NCBI GenBank assembly: GCA_963828525.1
Contig: CAWHEP010000010.1
Coordinates: 256,001-320,000, forward strand
Source of the DNA: an uncultured Verrucomicrobiae bacterium
GTDB lineage: Bacteria > Verrucomicrobiota > Verrucomicrobiia > Chthoniobacterales > Chthoniobacteraceae
Length of the DNA: 64,000 nt
Direction of reading: 5' to 3'
Below the pieces are notes generated by a model. That model had not been told where the DNA came from. It worked only from the letters and a program-made list of their open reading frames with translations, and searched no databases. This document shows, in pieces, positions 19,293 to 29,974 of the stretch; the stretch's first letter is position 1, and each line of letters begins with the position of its first letter. A program made the position numbers and the translations under genes.

Positions 19293-21998
19293 ATGAAATT
19301 ATACCCTCGCCTCTCCCTCTCGCTACTGGCCGTCGCTCTTGCCATTCCCGCCCAAGGCGGCACCATTTCCTATGTGGCGATCCCGCCCACGGGAAGCGAC
19401 GCCCAGTCGGGTATAAGCGCGGATACCGTTTATACAAGCGCCGTAGACGCGGGAAACGCAACAGGAACGGCCCGCGTGGTGAATGGGGTGACGTTTCAGC
19501 CGTTGGCAGGAAGTGACACGAGCGTGACTGTAAACGGGATCACGTTGAACGCGCTGAGCGGGACACTGGGAAATAACGGGACGACGGCCGCAAGCGTGAA
19601 GGCAGATGGATTCTCTGCTGGACGTGCTCTCGGACGCGACTTACAACCCTGGAGCCCAAGACAACTCGACGCAGGAGATTGTGATCGACCCGGCCACCCT
19701 GACACAGGGGCAGACGTATGATTTGCGGGTGTATATCTGCAATGGCTCGGGACAAGATCGCACGGTGGATCTGGCATTTGCCGGTGACAAACAGCCCGCC
19801 GTCGAAACGGGTTTTTTCAATGAGGATGACGCGACAAGCAGCCCCGGAGGATTCTCGGATCCCAACCAGGTTTACTATATCAATTATCGCTATAGCTGGG
19901 ACGGGGTGACCACACCGGGAGTGACGATCACGCAGAAGACAGGGGCAACTCCATTTCAACTGTACGCGGTAACAAATCAGCAGGCGGCAGCGGCTGTGTC
20001 GCATGTCCGGCACCCGGGACAGCGGAGTGTAGAAGAACCCGTCAAGGGAATAGAGGTTGTCTCCGAGGGGCAGTCGGATGTAGGCGTGGCGAGCGAGGAT
20101 TTCTACACCGCGCCGACTTTGCGCGAGCACGGCAGGTGGGTGGACGTGGAAGGCTATGGCAATTGCTGGCAACCAAACGACGTGGGCTCAGACTGGCGGC
20201 CCTATACACGCGGTCGCTGGGTCTATTCCGAGGATTGTGGATATACCTGGTCTTCGGATGAAGACTTCGGCTGGGCCACTTACCATTACGGACGCTGGGC
20301 GCGGGTGCGGGATGCGGGATGGTGCTGGGTACCGGGGAAAGTTTGGGCTCCAGCGTGGGTATCCTGGAGATCAAACGACTCTTACCAAGGCTGGGCTCCG
20401 TTGCCCCCTGTCGCGGCATTCAGCGTTGGCATCGGGATCAGCCGATGGGCGGACAGCTCCTATAATATCGGGCCCGACCAATATAACTTTGTCGCGGTCC
20501 GCGATTTCGGTTCGCCCCGATTAGGCGAGGCGATCATCCCCCGCGAGCAGAATACCACTATTGTTCAGAACACGACGAACATCACCAATATCGTCAACCG
20601 GAACCAGAACGTATATAACGGCGGCCCTAATATAACAACAATCAACCAAGCGATCACACGCGGCGGCGGCCAAGCGATTCCCACGGTGGTAGTCAATCGG
20701 CGCCAATCCGCCGCGCCGGGGCCGGGCGGTAGATTATCGCAACTAAGCGGCAAGACGTTGTCGCTTGCAGCGCCAGCCGTGGTGGCAGCGGCCAGGCCCG
20801 CTTCGGTGCCAATCGCGCAATCGTTCAAGGCAGCAGCGGTCGATCACGGCTGGAGCGGAGTGAAGGATCCGAAGGCGCGGCGGCGTTGAAGGCAAAGCTC
20901 GCAAGCGAAGCCCGCGCCGCTTCGCCACCGCCCCTGTCAAAGTTGGTCGTCCCTCCTGTCGCGCATGCGACGGCGGCGGCGAACCCCGCAGCGGTGGCGG
21001 GCGCGGCACACCCTGGAGCGGCGGCTGGGAGCATGCACCCGGGCCAATCGTTAAAGGGCGGGCCGCCGAAGATCATGGCTCCGACCGCAGGCAGAGCTCC
21101 GGCATCAGCGGCAAAGCACCCCGGGCAATCCGTTGGAGCGCCTGTCCCGCCAGCGTCTCCGGGCAACGCGGCGCCAGCGGGATTCCACCCTGGGCAGGCT
21201 GCTTCGGCGAATCCTGCCGCCACACCGATGTCAAAGGGCAAGCATCCCGGGCAATCCGTCGGAGCGCCTGTCCCGGCAACGTCTCCGGGGAACTCGGCGC
21301 CAGCGGGATTCCACCCAGGGCAGGCTGTCCCGGCAGGTCCCGCGGCGACACCGGCGTTGAAGGGCAAGCATCCGGGTCACCCCGCGGCGACACCGCCACC
21401 GCTCACACCCGCAGCGGAAGCCGAAGCGCTGCACCCGTCGTCCGCGCCGGAAGCCCCGGCTGCTCCGGTGGCAACGCCGCATTCCAAGCACCCAGGGCAG
21501 GCGGTGAAACCGCCAACGGAGGAGACGCCCAAATCTCCAGCGGGAATAGCGCCTGAACCTGCAGCACCGCCGGTGAAGCATGTCCCGCATCCGGGCAATG
21601 GAGTGGACCCCGCCGCAGCGGAAAAGGCTGCCGCAGCAAAACAGGAGCGGGCGGCGGCGGATAGTGCCGCAGCGGGTAAAGCGGCTGAGGCGCAAGCGGC
21701 TCGCCGTGAAGCTGCAGCTTCGGCCAAGCAGGAGCAAGCTTCACAGCAACACGCGGCAGCGGCCGCGAGACAGCAGGAGGCTTTACAGCAGCAGCACGCC
21801 GCTGCCGTCGCGAGACAACAGGAAGCTTCGCAGCAGCACGCGGCTGCGGCCCGGCAGGAGCAAGCGGCCGCGCAACATGAAGCGGCCAGCCAGGCAGCGG
21901 CTCGCCAGCATGAAGCTGCCGCCGCAGCGCAAGCCGCCACGAGGAAGCCTGAAGTTCACCCGGGTAAACCGGGCGAATCGCCCAAGCCGGGCCAATAA
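19293..21998 (+). CDS. Secreted DUF6600-domain protein with Pro/Ala-rich tail; apparent frameshifts at ~19610 and ~20880
   Basis: Signal peptide; L..HGRWVDV..YG.CWQP, DWRPY..GRWVY, FGWATYHYGRW, WVPG..WAPAWVSW, GWAPLPP; three abutting ORFs. Confidence 0.8.
21114..21376 (+). repeat. Intragenic 126 bp (42 aa) tandem repeat, 2 copies plus start of a third
   Basis: KHPGQSVGAPVPPASPGNAAPAGFHPGQA.. versus KHPGQSVGAPVPATSPGNSAPAGFHPGQA.. Confidence 0.85.
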
Positions 21999-22273
21999 GG
22001 GGGTTCAACCCCGGGGACCCGAAAGCGGTAGGGACTCGTGACTTCGTCGCGAGAACCTCTGCCGGGGAGATGAAGATTTGACAGCGCCCCGCCGGAGCCT
22101 CGGCCAGACTTGCCTACTCCCCCATATTGAGGAGTGGCAAGAGGTTTGAGACGACCGGAGTTAAGCGGAAGAGGCGGATTTAGGCGGTGTTGCCTAGGAG
22201 AGAAGCCCCTGGATCTGGGATAGGATCGCCGCGCTGAGACAAAGGCAGGGCTCTGCCTGTGGCATTGCATGCC

Positions 22274-22703
22274 TCACGAAAGAAAATTTCCGTCCGCATC
22301 CTGACGACAGTTATGATCTCAAGAAGCGCGATAAAGGCGACCACAGCCGGTGCTACAAATGTCCAGCAAAGAAACACTGAGACACAGAGTTCAGCGGTGC
22401 CTCGCTTGTGATACCCAGCATAAAAATTATGGATACCGAGCATCCCAAAGAAGATTCCTGGAATGATAAAGACACCGCGTGATTTCGCCGTCTTCACGAG
22501 CGTCACCAAGGGTGGCTTGCGAGAAGCTTCAATCACTCCCATGATGGGCATCAACGGACGCCATTCAGATTTGCCAAGCACAAGGAGATTGGCATCCGCA
22601 GTCACCAATCCAGTTTTCCACATCTCCGTGATCTGGCTGAACGTGAATGGCCCTCTCGCATCTTCCCCATTCTTCGATACTAGCAGATGGTATTTGAGTT
22701 CAT
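22274..22703 (-). CDS. GYF_2-like + TM2 (NINE) domain membrane protein; apparent frameshifts near both ends
   Basis: ARGPFTFSQITEMW..G..EWRPL then KSRGVFI..GIFFGMLGIHNFYAG; typical TM2 tail DADGNFLS* lies in an adjacent frame; ATG at 22703 is out of frame by one base. Confidence 0.65.
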
Positions 22704-22724
22704 TTTTGGTTCTCTTTTTCGATA

Positions 22725-25700
22725 TTAGCGCCTTGCGGAGTTCTCCAGCAGGCTGAAGTAGGAATCGAGTCCGGACTTGAACTCGTCGGGGAACTCCCTG
22801 CCGGCTTTCCCTGTGGCTTGGGCAACAGGGCGAAGGGTGGCAACGGCATCCGCGTCGGCTCCAGGGCCGAGATCTGCAAGAGCGGCGAAGGAAGCGGAGG
22901 CGGCATTGCCACCCTGTCCGGGAGTGGAACCACCACCCCCCCGCCTTTCGAGCCGGGGCGCTTTGCCTGAAGGAGCAATTCAATGGCTTCGGTCTCGGCG
23001 GCGATGGCGCGGCCACCTGTGTCGGGGGAACTCAGGATGTCGCGCGTTTCATCCATAACGGTGACCACGTCTGTGAGGAGATGAACTTCTTTGGCAAACT
23101 TTTCCGAGCCGCTGGGAAGGGCCAGGATGTCTTCGAGCGCGCTATGAGTGTGAGCGCCGATGTCCGCCTGGTTTGCCCCGAGAGCGGCGGCGTCGGACGC
23201 GTATTTTGCCTGCTCGATTGCCGCTTTGGAATTTTCCGTCTCGCGAGTCTGGTCGCGGAGTTTCATTTCATCGCGCAGCGCCTGCATGACCTTCAACACG
23301 ATCTCCGGCGGGAGGCTGTCGCCGCTGCAAGTGGAACTGGATTTGCAATTGCTGGCGGCGACGAGTTCCTCCGCCCATCGGTCGAGGGTATCGGCCCAGA
23401 ACTCGGAACCTGTGAGGGACTGGCCGGACAGGTTGGATGAGAGCTTGTCGCCATCGCGAGACAATGCGCGGACGATCTCCGTCTTCCGCATATCGGCGAG
23501 GATGGTCTTGAAACGACTGTCCTGTTTGCGCTGGAAGTAAGCGTCGAGGTCGCTCTGGATGACGCGGACGGCCTCGCTCTGATCGCGCGCGCGTTTGGCG
23601 ATAGCCTCGGCGGCTTTGCCAGGGTCGTGTTCGATGCCGAAGGCGTGGAGCGTCTGCTGGCTGATGTTCGTGGCAATGGTCATTTGCTGGCGGGAGGCCG
23701 CTTTGAAGCGCTTCACGAAAGTGCTGGCTTCGAGACTCCCGAGAATCTCGCTGAGCTGATCGGAAACTTTGGCAAACTCCGCAAGAAGGTCTTTTTGTTC
23801 AACAATCGCGGTATCCATTTTGGCTTGAGCTGGCGACTCGGGTGGCTTTACCGCGTCCTCGTCGCCTTTCTTTGCCGGAGCGGCAGCAAGCGTCGTGACA
23901 GGCAGGCGGAGTTTGCCCGTTCCGGGCGGTTTTGGGGCAGCGGCAGCGGTGGCAGGCTGCGCGGCCTGGGGTTTACCGAAACCGGCCTCCCGATCCGAAA
24001 TTCCGGGCGCCTTGGGCTTGGGAGTGGCGTTCGGATCGACGGCGGCAGCGGCAACCGCAGCTGTCGGGAGGGAGCCGCCTTTGCCGACGCTGAGACCGCT
24101 CCTGCCATCCCCGGGCTTCTGCATCGGCCCGGAATGATTTTGCGGCGGCTGTCCAGGCTGAGCAGGCGGCTGCGCTCCAGCAGCCAGCTTACCGGTCGCG
24201 GCTCCGGCGGTTTGCTTGAGAAGATCGGACACGCTGGGCATGCGAGTGGCTGCGATGTCTTTGAGGGACTTCAGCATGGTAGCCCAGGATTCAAGACGTT
24301 TGGCGTCGAACTCATCATTTTTGGCGGCCTGCTCGACAAGATTCCTGCCGGAGGCGGTGAGGCTATCAAGCCGGGCGGCATTCGCGTTTTCGGCGGAAGC
24401 CTGTTGCGCGACCCGGCGGCGATTTTCCGGCCTGTCGAGTTCCGCGGCGGAAAGCGCGCGCAGTTCCTTGTTTGTTTGATGAAGCTGCTGTTCGCGTTCG
24501 TAGCTTTCGCGGGCGGCGTCGAGCCACTTGCCAAACTGCGCGGTGAGCCATAGCGCGTGATCGGTCTTGTTCAAAACATGGAGCACGAAAGAAGCGGAGC
24601 GCGTATGAGGACGCCCTGGGAGATAGTCGGTCGTCCAGGCTGAGATTTGGATTGTCTGCGGGGCAACTCCCTCGCGAGTGGCGCAGAAGGTGGCGCGACC
24701 TTCCACGGTCTTTTTTTCCGGTCCACCTGCGGCTGAGATTTTGGAACCGGCGGCGGGAGGCGCGCCATCCTCGCCGGGAAGAGCGCCGACCCATTGCAAG
24801 CCGATCTGTTTGACGCCGAAATCGTCAGACGCGTTGACGTCGAAAGAAACGACTTCGGAGTCCAGCACGACGTCGTCCTGAGAATCGCGGCGGGCAATAA
24901 CCCTGGGGGCTTCGTCCTCGACTGCCCGAACTTTAAGGAGAAACGGGTCGCGCGGGGCAAGCCCATCCTGGTCGCGCCAGGTGAAGGCGCGATCCACGTC
25001 TGAAACGACGGGCAAGGAGGCCGTGAGAATATTTTCGTGATCGACGCGCTGGGGAGTTCCATCCAACTCGGCTTTCGCGAGGGAGCGGGTCGCCTTCGCC
25101 TCGAAAGCGGCGGAAGAGCCCTTCAGGAGGCTGACTGAACCGCCGCGCGCGTCGATGACCTGGTCCGACTTGTACTGGAGATAGGCGGGCAGTTTTTGCC
25201 GGACGAGCAACGCGGAAAGCTCAGGCCTGGCCTCAGGGACGACGGAGATGGTCTTGCGGACGTCACCGAGCACCAGCGAGAGCCTGGCATCCTGTTTTTG
25301 CGGCGGGAAGTTGAGGGTGTAAGCGCCCGAGGAAAGCTTCGCCGAAACCCACGGTTGATCGCCGATGCGGGCGGCTCCTTCCTCCGGGGACCAGAGGGTG
25401 TTCGCCTGCAGACGCACCGGGAGGGCAAAAGGCTCCGCGTAGGGAACGATGAGAGAGGGGGCGAGAGGCTGGAGGCGGGCAAAGGTGAAACGGTCATTAT
25501 GGCTGAGCGGTGACAGCCACCTCGCGAACGCGTTGCGAGCGGCGGCATTCACGGCTGAGAAAGCCACCAGGACGAGCACAACAACAGCGGCGGCGGCCCA
25601 GCCCCACTGGCGATGCCGAGGCTCCGGGACGGCATGAGTGAAATCATGGTCTTTTACGGCATCGGCTGCCTGCGCCATCGCTGCCTGGACGAGGCGCTCG

Positions 25701-26062
25701 CTGCGTCCGGCGGCAGCGTGATCCATCCGGGCGAGTTCCACGATACCGAGCAACTGATCGCCAAGGCCGGGAAAGGAGCGGCGCAGGAGGCGCGCGGCAT
25801 CTTCCAGGCGGCGCTGGCGCCAGACCCATCGATGCCATTTCAAAGGGACCCCAATGGCAAGCGACGCGGCTCCGAGGATGAGAAGAGTCAATCGAATCCA
25901 CCCGGGGGTCTCAAAGAACCGATCCAAGCCAAAAACGAGAAGGTAGGAAAGAGCCAGTCCGAACAGGGCGGCAAAAGCCGCTTCGGCAAGCTTTACAACC
26001 CACACGCGGCGTCTGAAGGCGGCGAGTTTCTCTTCAAGAACAGGAGGAAGATTCGTGTTCAT
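22725..26062 (-). CDS. Large membrane-anchored coiled-coil protein (DUF4175-like); apparent frameshift in G-run at ~22940
   Basis: N-terminal TMs, LGDQLLGIVEL, Ig-like D.AP.V..ASDDFGV, long helical region; likely true C-terminus GGGGSTPGQGG..FPDEFKSGLDSYFSLLE in another frame ending at 22725. Confidence 0.7.
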
Positions 26063-26194
26063 AATTTCAGGGACTGCGCGGAATTCGGCGCAACGTTACC
26101 CCAGGAGAAGAGTAAAAGAACTGTACAATAATCGGGAGGAGAGAACTGGAGCTAGACGCCGAGAAGATGGCGGGCTCGACGTGGACCTAAACTG

Positions 26195-26509
26195 TCACGG
26201 GCGGGGCCGGTGGATGCGCTTTGGGACGCGCCGTTCGTCAAGGCTGAGCGCGAGGGCGTCGGAGGCGGGTGAAGCGACACTGGCAAGTCTGTCGTGCAAA
26301 CGCAGGATGAAAGCGGCGGTCGCAAGTGTGCCGATGGCGACTGTGGCATCACCGCGCTCCAACCGCCACAGGGTGTTACGGCTGACGAATAGCCGCTCAG
26401 CCATGTCCAAGGTGGAGATACCGCGCTTGCGGCGAGCAAGGGCAAGGTCGGCGCCTAATTTTTTGAGGCATTGCGCCGCAGCGAGTGGAATGGAGTTTGG
26501 AGACGGCAT
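26195..26509 (-). CDS. XRE-family HTH protein (HipB-like antitoxin type)
   Basis: LKKLGADLALARRKRGIS..MAERLFVSRNTLWRLERGD..VAIGT..L..DERRVPKR. Confidence 0.85.
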   Translation of the reverse strand: MPSPNSIPLAAAQCLKKLGADLALARRKRGISTLDMAERLFVSRNTLWRLERGDATVAIGTLATAAFILRLHDRLASVASPASDALALSLDERRVPKRIHRPRP

Positions 26510-26599
26510 CGCTTACGTGGTGTATAGAAGACATTATCCGGAGATATGTCGCTTATATCAAGCGATCCTTGTACGCGCCATGGGAGGCGCAGCTTGCGC

Positions 26600-29500
26600 C
26601 TACCTGTTCCTGACGCGCCAGCCTGGGCCGGGGGCGGCGAGTGGCTCGAAGTTGATGAGCGCGGCGCCGACAGGCCCACGCATCACTTCCATCAGGATGG
26701 TTCCGCTTCGGGCGTTTTGCCAGATGATGTCGCTCTGGGTCGCGCTGTGGAAGGATCCTGTTCCCGCGATGAACCATGCGGCGCCAATGGGTCTGTTGGT
26801 GACGGGGGCTCTTGATGCCACGTGAACGCCATTCATCAACCAGAGTTCCACTCTTCCGTTGGCGCTGTTCTGCCAGACCAGATCTGCCTGCGCGTGGCCG
26901 CTGAAGTTGCCGGTGGCCATGACTTTCCAATTTTTGTCTGTACTGGCGCGGTAACGAGGCGCACGCCCGTGGCTTTGCGCCGTTCATCAGCCAAAGGAGA
27001 GCCTGGCCCGTGGCGCTGTTCTGCCAGACCAGATCGGGCTTTCCGTCTCCGTCGAAATCGCCTACTCCGACGATCTTCCAATGAGGATCAGGCGGATGCG
27101 GGAGAGCGACAGTGCTTTGCACCATGGTACCGCTCATGAGCGAGACAGAGGCATCTCCGTTGACATCGTTCTGCCAGACGAGGGCAGGCTGGCCATCACC
27201 GCCGAAGTCTCCGGAGCCCACGATCTTCCAATGCGGATCGGTGACCCGCGTGATGCTGGTGGAGGATAGGCGATTCGGGCCATCCATCATCCACACACCC
27301 ACGGCGCCATTGGCGTCGTTTTGCCAGATGAGATCCGAGTTGCCGTCTCCGTTGAAATCGGCTTTCACAGAAGCAGAGTCAATCTGTGGCGGAGGGGAGA
27401 TGTGGATGGGAGGGGAACCGGGTTCCGCTGGAGACGCCGTCGCCGGGGAGAGGGGGCTTGACCCGGTCCCGTTAATCGCCTGGACGCTGTAATAGACGGT
27501 GGCGCTGGAACAGGCATCGACTACGGCCGTGGAGCTGGTGGAAGTGAAGATGGCGCTTCCGGCGGCTCCCGGGTCCAATGACCGATAGACGTTATAGGAT
27601 GTGGCTCCCGGTGAGGCGTTCCAGGAAATGACATTCACCTGGGCCCCGAGGGCAACCCGCGGAGCGGCGGGGGCTCCTGGCGCGTTGCGCGCCGCGAGCG
27701 GCAGCACCTCAATACCGTTAATCTCCGGAACGTCGGTGACCGCGCTGAACTCGACGGTGATCTTCCCCGCTGCATCGGCGATCTCGGGAAATTCCTTCAC
27801 GACGGCAACGCCGAAACACTTCCCGCAGCGCGCTTTGGCGTCCGCGGAGATATCGTAATCTTCCAGCACCTGGGCTCCGTTGATCGCCACGTTGAAGACG
27901 CGGAAGCCTGGACCGCTGAACTTTATCTCGGCGAAATGGAGGCGCACATTGTAGCTGCCGCCCGGTACCAAGTTTGGAAATTGATAAGCGAGCAAGCCGT
28001 TCCTCTGCGAGAGGTAAACCGCGGCGGGGGCCGGGTTTGTAACGAGACTGGTGTTGATGGGCATGTTCATCTGGCGCGTCTGCGAAGCATCCGCTTCATA
28101 GAAGCCATCCGCTGCGAAGGGAGCGGCGGCATTTCCCCCGCAATTAATCTGGTATGACTGAGCGGGGTCCCCGGCCGGAGCAGGCGGGGTGGCGCTGACC
28201 TGAGCGGAGGGAGCGCCTTCACCCCCGCTCGAGACCGCGGAGACCGAGTAAAAGTACAGTTTCGCCGTCGGCAAGGTTCAGGTCGGTGAACGTGGTGGAG
28301 CTGAGACCTGAATAAATGACGGATGGCGCGAGGCCGGGCCCCAATGCCCTTTGGACGTTGTAAGAGGTGGCGCCGGCGACAGGAATCCATGAAAGACACA
28401 TCTGGCCGTCGGTTACCGATGCCTGCAACGCGCTCGGCGAGGAGGGGATGGGCGCGGCTGCGGCAATCGGAGCGCTGAGCGTGATGAGCCATGCTTCATG
28501 GAGCAGCATGCCGGGGAGCGTCACCGCGACAGGACCGTTGGAAATAGGCAGATCCATGTCACTCACCACGGGCAGTGAAGGCAGCGCGGCCTCCAGCGCG
28601 TTTGGGATGCGAGCGAGATTCACATGCGCGGAAGTTGCCCCGTTAAGAAAGCCAAGCTTGCCGACGTTGGTCAAGGCCACCACAGGGTTCACGGAAGGGG
28701 AGGAGTGCAGGAGCGCGTAGTAACCGACGAGGACCTGGGCGGTGCCGGGAGCGCTGCCTTGTGAACTGGCGAGCGGCAGCAGATGGGGATCGGACGCGCT
28801 GCTCGCCACGCGGGAAGCCATGCCATCGGCATAGGCTTTATAAGCCCACCAGAGCGCCCGCGGCTGCTGCGGCGCGGCAGTGGTGAGCATCCCGCCAAGG
28901 GTGCCGTTGAAGCTGTTGTTCTGGTTTTCGTAGCTGGACCAGGAGCTTTTGCAGACGGCATCCGGGTTGGCCCTGGAGTCCTCGAAGTTGTATAAATAGG
29001 AGAGCAGGGCGGCGGGTCTGTATTGATCGTCCCCGCCCGCCAGGAATTCGTTGATGTGTATCTCCCGAAGCTTCAATGCGGCGTACGCCGGATTGTTCAT
29101 GAAGTTTGTCCGTATGTAGTCGATATGCGCGGGAATCTCGCGGACATCGGCGGCGAACTCGTGCCAGGTGATTACGTTCAACTCCACGGAGTTTGCCACG
29201 CAGTAATCCATGAACTGTTTGAGAAACGCCGGGTTGAAGCTGCTGGGAGTGGGGCCGGCGACTATCGCATCGGGGATTTGGCTCCGGATGCCCGCCACAA
29301 AATGGCGATAGGCTTCGAAGAACTGCGGCTGGCTCGCGGGCCACAGATTTCCTGGCTTGGAAAAGGTAAGGTCTGGCTCGTTCCAGAACTCCCAAACCAT
29401 CGTATGCCCGCTCTGGACCGCGAGAGAAGCCTGCCCCGCGACATAACTGTCGTACGCTGTCCACGCTCCCGCGTCTCCGGGAAGCGACGGTCCTTTGTAG

Positions 29501-29817
29501 CCCCAACCGTCGCTCGTGAGAAACTCGTAGCGGGCGCCCGCAAGCATCGCCTTATCGTAAAACGCAGAGGCCTGATTGCCCTGCCTCCACAATGAGAGTT
29601 GCAGGGGCTGTATGAAGCTATCTGGAACAATCGCAGAAGGGGAGTAGTTGTTGAGCCCGTTAATCAAGCCGGTCATCCGGTGAATGCCGTTGATTGGGGT
29701 GGAGAAATCGACGGAAACGGATGGCGGGTCTGCCCGCAGCGCGCTTGGGCAAAGAGCGGGGGCCGCAACAAAGAGCGCGAAACCGATGAAACGGAGGAAG
29801 GAGAAAGCCGATGGCAT
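26600..29817 (-). CDS. Secreted multidomain glycoside hydrolase: clan GH-A (GH39-like) + FN3 + malectin + FN3 + FG-GAP/VCBS repeats; apparent frameshifts at ~28265 and ~26955
   Basis: WEFWNEPD and HINEF catalytic motifs; INCGG..F.AD..VRLHFAEI..RVFNVAING malectin; DFNGDGNSDLIWQN repeats. Confidence 0.8.
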
Positions 29818-29974
29818 TCTAGCAATTATAGCAATGCCTGTGCCTTATGGGATTTATCGCCTCCTTTCTTTTCTTCGGCTTGATTTTTGCTGCGCTCTGT
29901 CCTAGGATGTTCTTCTCCTCACCCCCGGAGCCGCTCGCCTCCCGACCTAGCGGTAAAGCTCCCTCGGGAGTCTA

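Noticed and set aside
21114..21930. Repeats as a CRISPR array or non-coding tandem repeat
   Set aside because: Repeats are in-frame and coding, vary at codon level, have no unique spacers, and no cas genes are present
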